Positions 59,308-64,000 of a DNA stretch of 64,000 nt are shown here, in pieces. The stretch lies in contig OZ244044.1 of assembly GCA_965215275.1 (NCBI GenBank), positions 704,001 through 768,000 on the forward strand. The letters are read 5' to 3'. This DNA comes from Thermodesulfobacteriota bacterium. GTDB lineage: Bacteria > Desulfobacterota_D > UBA1144 > Nemesobacterales > JAJCZQ01. Each line of letters begins with the position of its first letter. Positions within the stretch are counted from its first letter, which is position 1. The position numbers and the translations under genes are program-made. Under the pieces are notes generated by a model. The model saw only the letters and a list, made by a program, of their open reading frames with translations, searched no databases and had not been told where the DNA came from.

Positions 59308-62300
59308 TTAACTGGATTTATAGTCCTGTATCGCTTTTACTTTAAAACCACGGTCCTTTAAGACCTCTATTGCTCCCACTCCTGCCTTGGCAGCTGCCAC
59401 GGTGGTAAAGTACGGCACGTTATACATAAGAGCGGCCCTTCTGATCGACAGTGACTGAGCCACTTCCTTTTCTCCAAATGTCGTATTGACCACCAGCTGA
59501 ATGTCCCCGTTCTTCAGATGGTCCGTAACGTCAGGTCTGCCCTCTATTACCTTGTTTATCTTTTCATTCTCAATGGCGTTGCTCATAAGAAAGTCAGATG
59601 TACCTTTTGTACACATGAGCTTAAAGCCCATCCTGGACAACCTTCTTGACATATCCAGCACGGAATCGTTCTTATCGTCGTCCTTAACGCTTACGAACGC
59701 CGAACCGGCAAGGGGAAGGGTATTTCCAGCGGCCATCTGGGACTTTGAGAAAGCTCCGTTCAGATCATCGTCAATACCCATGACTTCACCTGTGGACACC
59801 ATCTCTGGACCCAGGATCGAGTCAACCTTTGGAAATCTTACAAAAGGAAACACCGACTCCTTGACCGAGTAGTGCTTCGGTACGATCTCCTTTGTAAACC
59901 CGAGATCTTCCAGGGATCTGCCCATCATGACCTTTGTTCCTATATTTACGAGCGGGACCCCTATTGCCTTGCTTATGAACGGTATGGTCCTGCTCGCCCT
60001 CGGATTTGCTTCTATCAGATAAACACGGTCGTTCTTTATTGCAAACTGCACGTTAACGAGCCCTTTGACGTTCAGTGCAAGGGCAAGTTTCTTTGTCTGT
60101 TTTCTGATCTCTTCAAGTATCTTATTTTCGATCGAGAACGGCGGCAGTACCATTGCACTGTCCCCCGAGTGTATACCGACCTCCTCGATGTGCTCCAGTA
60201 TACCTCCGATAACAACGACCTTACCGTCCGATACCGCGTCCACGTCCACCTCTTTGGCACCACTTAAGAACTCATCTATAAGCACTGGATGGTTCTGCGA
60301 CACCTGAACCGCCTCTTTTATATACCTTTTAAGAGCATCCAGTCCATAAACGACCTCCATTGCCCTTCCTCCAAGTACATAAGACGGTCTGACGATCACC
60401 GGGTACCCGATATTTTCGGCTATCTCCACGGCCTCCTCTTCACTTCTTGCTATTCCGTTCCGGGGCTGCCTCAATCCCAGCTTCTGAACCACCTCTCTGA
60501 ACCTCTCACGGTCCTCTGCAAGGTCTATACTGTCGGGTGGCGTGCCGACGATCTTTACTCCGCTTTCCTCAAGGGACAGGGCAAGCTTCAGAGGCGTCTG
60601 ACCTCCAAGCTGTACTATAACTCCCTCGGGCCTTTCCCTGTTCATGATCTCAAGGGTGTCTTCAAGCGTGAGAGGTTCGAAGTAAAGCCTGTCGGACGTA
60701 TCATAGTCCGTGCTTACGGTCTCCGGATTGCAGTTCACCATTATCGACTCGTACCCCTCCTCCTTAAGTGCAAAGGAAGCATGCACGCAGCAGTAGTCAA
60801 ACTCTATACCCTGCCCTATCCGGTTGGGACCGCAACCCAGTATTGCCACGCTCTTCCTGTCCGTCGGCACGGCTTCGCTCTCAGACTCGTACGTGGAATA
60901 AAGATATGGAGTGTACGCTTCAAATTCAGCAGCACAGGTATCCACCATCTTATAAACCGGCTTGATACCTAAATGCTCTCTTTTTTCCCTTACTTCATCT
61001 TCCGGGCAGCCTATAAGGTCAGCTATATGGAAATCCGAGAAGCCCATACGCTTGGCCTCTCTCAACGGCTCCTCTTCCAGACCGCCGACCCCCACTCCCC
61101 TTATCCCTGCCTCAAAATCGATTATCTGCTTTATATTGTATAAAAACCACCGGTCTATCCTGCTGAGGTCATATATCTCTTCGAGCTTCATGCCCCGTCT
61201 GAAGGCATCAGCTATGAACCACAGCCTTTCGGCGTTCGGGACCCTTATTTTTTTCCTTATCAAGTCCGGATCTGAGTACCTGGGTTCAAGACCGTAGGAA
61301 TCTATCTCAAGTGACCTTATCGCCTTGTGAAATGATTCCTTGAAGGTCCTTCCGATGGACATGACCTCTCCAACCGATTTCATCATGGTGGTAAGCGTCG
61401 GGTCTGCCTGCGGGAACTTTTCAAATGCGAACCTCGGCACCTTTACCACTACATAATCTATTGTCGGTTCAAATGAAGCCGGAGTATATTTTGTAATATC
61501 GTTCGATATTTCATCAAGTGTATAGCCAACTGCCAGTTTAGCCGCTATCTTGGCTATCGGAAAACCCGTGGCTTTTGAAGCAAGAGCGGAACTGCGGGAT
61601 ACCCTGGGATTCATCTCGATCACCACTACATCTCCATTTTCAGGGTCAATGGCAAACTGTATGTTAGACCCTCCCGTATCCACCCCTATCTCCCTGATTA
61701 TTGACACGGAAGCGTCCCTTAATACCTGATACTCCTTGTCGGTAAGGGTCTGAGCAGGTGCAACTGTTATACTGTCGCCCGTGTGAACTCCCATGGGGTC
61801 GAGGTTCTCGATCGAGCATATTATCACCACGTTGTCCTTACAGTCCCTCATCACCTCGTATTCAAACTCCTTCCAGCCTATCACGGACTGCTCCACCAAG
61901 ATCTCGGACACAGGACTCATATCCAGGCCTGACTTTGCCTGATCCTCAAACTCCTCTATATTGTAGGCGATGCTCCCTCCCGTACCTCCAAGGGTAAAAG
62001 ACGGCCTTATTATGATCGGATATCCTATCTCCTTTGATATCTCCCAGGCTTCGTCCATGTTATGGGCAACTCCGCTCCTTGGAACGTTCAGTCCGATCTT
62101 CAGCATCGCGTCTTTGAAAAGCTCTCTGTTCTCCGCTTTTTTTATAGCGTCTAACTTCGCTCCGATGAGTTCAACGCCGTTCTTCTCCAGTACGCCGGAC
62201 TCTGCCAGTGCAACTGCAACGTTCAAAGCCGTCTGTCCTCCGAGGGTGGGAAGAAGTACATCGGGTTTCTCGATCTCTATTATCTTCTCGACCACCTCCG

Positions 62301-62511
62301 GTACAATAGGCTCAATGTAGGTCCTGTCAGCAATGCTCGGGTCGGTCATTATCGTGGCAGGGTTGCTGTTTACAAGTATTACCTTGTACCCTTCGTCCTT
62401 AAGGGCCTTGCACGCCTGGGTTCCCGAGTAGTCAAATTCACACGCCTGACCGATCACGATCGGTCCGGAACCTATGATCAATACGCTGCTTATATCTTTT
62501 CTTTTTGGCAT
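59308..62511 (-). CDS. carB: Carbamoyl-phosphate synthase large chain
   Basis: [17 protein letters not shown], duplicated ATP-grasp domains, MGS domain. Confidence 0.98.
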   Translation of the reverse strand: MPKRKDISSVLIIGSGPIVIGQACEFDYSGTQACKALKDEGYKVILVNSNPATIMTDPSIADRTYIEPIVPEVVEKIIEIEKPDVLLPTLGGQTALNVAVALAESGVLEKNGVELIGAKLDAIKKAENRELFKDAMLKIGLNVPRSGVAHNMDEAWEISKEIGYPIIIRPSFTLGGTGGSIAYNIEEFEDQAKSGLDMSPVSEILVEQSVIGWKEFEYEVMRDCKDNVVIICSIENLDPMGVHTGDSITVAPAQTLTDKEYQVLRDASVSIIREIGVDTGGSNIQFAIDPENGDVVVIEMNPRVSRSSALASKATGFPIAKIAAKLAVGYTLDEISNDITKYTPASFEPTIDYVVVKVPRFAFEKFPQADPTLTTMMKSVGEVMSIGRTFKESFHKAIRSLEIDSYGLEPRYSDPDLIRKKIRVPNAERLWFIADAFRRGMKLEEIYDLSRIDRWFLYNIKQIIDFEAGIRGVGVGGLEEEPLREAKRMGFSDFHIADLIGCPEDEVREKREHLGIKPVYKMVDTCAAEFEAYTPYLYSTYESESEAVPTDRKSVAILGCGPNRIGQGIEFDYCCVHASFALKEEGYESIMVNCNPETVSTDYDTSDRLYFEPLTLEDTLEIMNRERPEGVIVQLGGQTPLKLALSLEESGVKIVGTPPDSIDLAEDRERFREVVQKLGLRQPRNGIARSEEEAVEIAENIGYPVIVRPSYVLGGRAMEVVYGLDALKRYIKEAVQVSQNHPVLIDEFLSGAKEVDVDAVSDGKVVVIGGILEHIEEVGIHSGDSAMVLPPFSIENKILEEIRKQTKKLALALNVKGLVNVQFAIKNDRVYLIEANPRASRTIPFISKAIGVPLVNIGTKVMMGRSLEDLGFTKEIVPKHYSVKESVFPFVRFPKVDSILGPEMVSTGEVMGIDDDLNGAFSKSQMAAGNTLPLAGSAFVSVKDDDKNDSVLDMSRRLSRMGFKLMCTKGTSDFLMSNAIENEKINKVIEGRPDVTDHLKNGDIQLVVNTTFGEKEVAQSLSIRRAALMYNVPYFTTVAAAKAGVGAIEVLKDRGFKVKAIQDYKSS

Positions 62512-62604
62512 TGCATAAATTACTTTAAGAACTGGAGAGAAAATAAAAATTTATAGATAGTTAATTTTACACCTGCAAACAGGTAGAACAGCAACTATGT
62601 CAGG

Positions 62605-63378
62605 TCACAATATTGAAATATTAATCGGTTTCCTGTTGTTATAATGGTCTTCAATCTCAGAATAATCCATAAAATGACAACGGTTCTTTATATCTTTAAA
62701 TATAGATCTTCCAACTTCCTTATTGTATTTAGTTTTCCTTCCATTAGGAGCAACTAATATAAACTGAGTATTAAAATCCTGTAATTCAAACAACCTTAAA
62801 AGCGAGTCATTAAAATCCGAGGTGTGTTCAACTTCAAATGCTACTTGTGGAAATTCTCTATCATTAAACCAAATAACGTCAATATATTTTGACTTATTAA
62901 TTATTGTTTCTTTGGTGGTAAAGACGGGAATTGTTTCCATTGTAATTATTTTACCCAGTTGCTTATTACCAAAAAAATGTTTTTTATCAGGAGTATAGGT
63001 ATCAAAACTCTGCATATTGCCAATTTCAATTAACATGCCTTGAATATCAGCATGTTTTTGTCCCATAGATGTACTTGCTTTTTTTGGTCGCGGCACTTTA
63101 GCCAGTTGTTTTGTAAGTGCATAAACTCCATACCCAATACAAGTAAATCGGTCCTCGCGTTGAAGTCGCTCTCGGATTGTTGCATCGGGGTCTTTGCCAG
63201 TACGCGGGCGATAATTGTCAAGATTTTTATAGATCAATTTCAACGGTGCATAACCACCGTTGTCACGCAATACCATTTCTATCGCCTTTGAATATGTTAT
63301 CTCCTTGCGAGTGGTCATAATTATATTTACCTCCGATATAACAATTTCTGGTATCGGTTTAACATCAAGACCATACAC
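62605..63378 (-). CDS. HARE-HTH-like domain fused to a PD-(D/E)xK-type restriction-endonuclease-like domain (true start may be ATG 63318)
   Basis: AIEMVL...GK.P.ATIR..LQ...F...G.G.Y.L, then HADIQGML, IDVIWF, AFEVEH; AT-rich. Confidence 0.7.
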   Translation of the reverse strand: MYGLDVKPIPEIVISEVNIIMTTRKEITYSKAIEMVLRDNGGYAPLKLIYKNLDNYRPRTGKDPDATIRERLQREDRFTCIGYGVYALTKQLAKVPRPKKASTSMGQKHADIQGMLIEIGNMQSFDTYTPDKKHFFGNKQLGKIITMETIPVFTTKETIINKSKYIDVIWFNDREFPQVAFEVEHTSDFNDSLLRLFELQDFNTQFILVAPNGRKTKYNKEVGRSIFKDIKNRCHFMDYSEIEDHYNNRKPINISIL

Positions 63379-63427
63379 CGACCTAATACACCTGAAATTT
63401 ATAACTTATTGAATATTTATCAACTGC

Positions 63428-63548
63428 TTACGCCACTTTCCCACAGATTTTCGTTCATTTCTCCTTAAATTCTTCTGCTTTTTCATCAAGTCCTCTCTGG
63501 ATCGCATCTATATCGATAGACAGGTTGAACTGGTCCTTCCATCTGTAA
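63428..63548 (-). pseudogene. thiC: Relic of the thiC 3' end with internal deletion and stop codon
   Basis: YRWKDQFNLSID|IDAIQRGLDEKAEEFKEK*TKICGKVA* resembles the ThiC RW.DQFNLSLD motif joined to the C-terminal tail. Confidence 0.6.
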
Positions 63549-63643
63549 ATAAAGGGGAAATCAAGATTTATTTTTATTTATGTATATAATTCCCAAAGTT
63601 AAAATGGAAAAAACACTTCCGGTGGTGCTACGGGTATTTTAAG

Positions 63644-63702
63644 ATCAGAAGAGCAAGAAGAACTCTGCAATCAGAAGAGCAAGAAGAACTCTGCAATCAG
63701 AA
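63644..63702 (+). repeat. 26-bp tandem repeat, 2.3 copies
   Basis: ATCAGAAGAGCAAGAAGAACTCTGCA twice, followed by ATCAGAA. Confidence 0.9.
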
Positions 63703-63748
63703 CAGTAAGGATATTGTTGTCAAACGATATTTATAGTTTCCACAAACA

Positions 63749-64000
63749 TCATTCATTTTCCAACCGTTTTATTTCATTCTTTATCTGATCTATCACTTCA
63801 GGATTTTGTATAATCTTTTGATCTCCACTTTTTATTGAAAAAATATAAAAAACCTCCCCACCATACTTTTTTTTGAACTTCTCGTGGCTTTTCTTTTGAA
63901 AAGAACGCTCTTTAAATATCTGCTCTATATGTGAAACATCGTTCACGGGTTTAACCTGTAAACCAATATATTTATCTGAAACTTTTATAAAAAAATCAAC
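63749..64000 (-). CDS. C-terminal part of a probable type II restriction endonuclease (MjaI-like); runs off the window
   Basis: Frame is open to the window edge: VDFFIKVSDKYIGLQVKP is a D...QxK nuclease-type motif. Confidence 0.5.
   Translation of the reverse strand, partial: VDFFIKVSDKYIGLQVKPVNDVSHIEQIFKERSFQKKSHEKFKKKYGGEVFYIFSIKSGDQKIIQNPEVIDQIKNEIKRLENE

Noticed and set aside
59501..62320. Many plus-strand ORFs opposite carB, and similar shadow ORFs opposite gap, clpP, glcDE and the RND gene
   Set aside because: Antisense shadows of well-supported genes with no recognisable motifs.
63554..63594. 41-bp mini-MITE (GGGGA...TTCCC)
   Set aside because: The left side does not match the TIR beyond 5 nt and the flanks are not duplicated. 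Treated as a solo end.
63644..63702. Possible CRISPR array
   Set aside because: The 26-bp units are directly adjacent with no spacers, and no cas genes are present. It is a simple tandem duplication.

Overview
This is a bacterial chromosomal window. The subtilase/Ig-repeat surface proteins, cofE and the core-gene style suggest a Dadabacteria-like (Desulfobacterota-related), possibly host-associated organism; that is an inference only. The core backbone is nadE, pgk-gap, argC, two cysteine desulfurases, cofE, an RND pump, HU, glcDEF, tsaC, fabH, manC, tig-clpP-clpX, rtcB, greA, carB and five tRNAs (Ser, Asp, Val, Leu, Lys). AT-rich accessory patches interrupt it. The main finding is that both intact tnpB genes (10700-11902 and 31973-33427) lie inside 26-bp terminal inverted repeats of consensus GGG[G/A]A[T/C]TATATA, each flanked by a perfect 8-bp target-site duplication. 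That is the signature of IS1595-family DDE transposition, not of IS200/IS605 or IS607 elements. A paralogous empty site is present for one of them, and a decayed IS1595 transposase N-terminus lies at 1341-1461. The same end motif brackets a catalytically dead subtilase/Ig surface-protein gene and recurs as solo ends. Other notable items are a stand-alone duplicate of the ClpX zinc-binding domain between clpP and clpX, a chimeric membrane-protein/GreA-CTD gene, poly-C frameshifts at the 5' ends of accessory genes, a methyltransferase-Z1-small ORF island at tRNA-Ser, and a thiC relic. All calls come from reading motifs by eye; no database searches were run.
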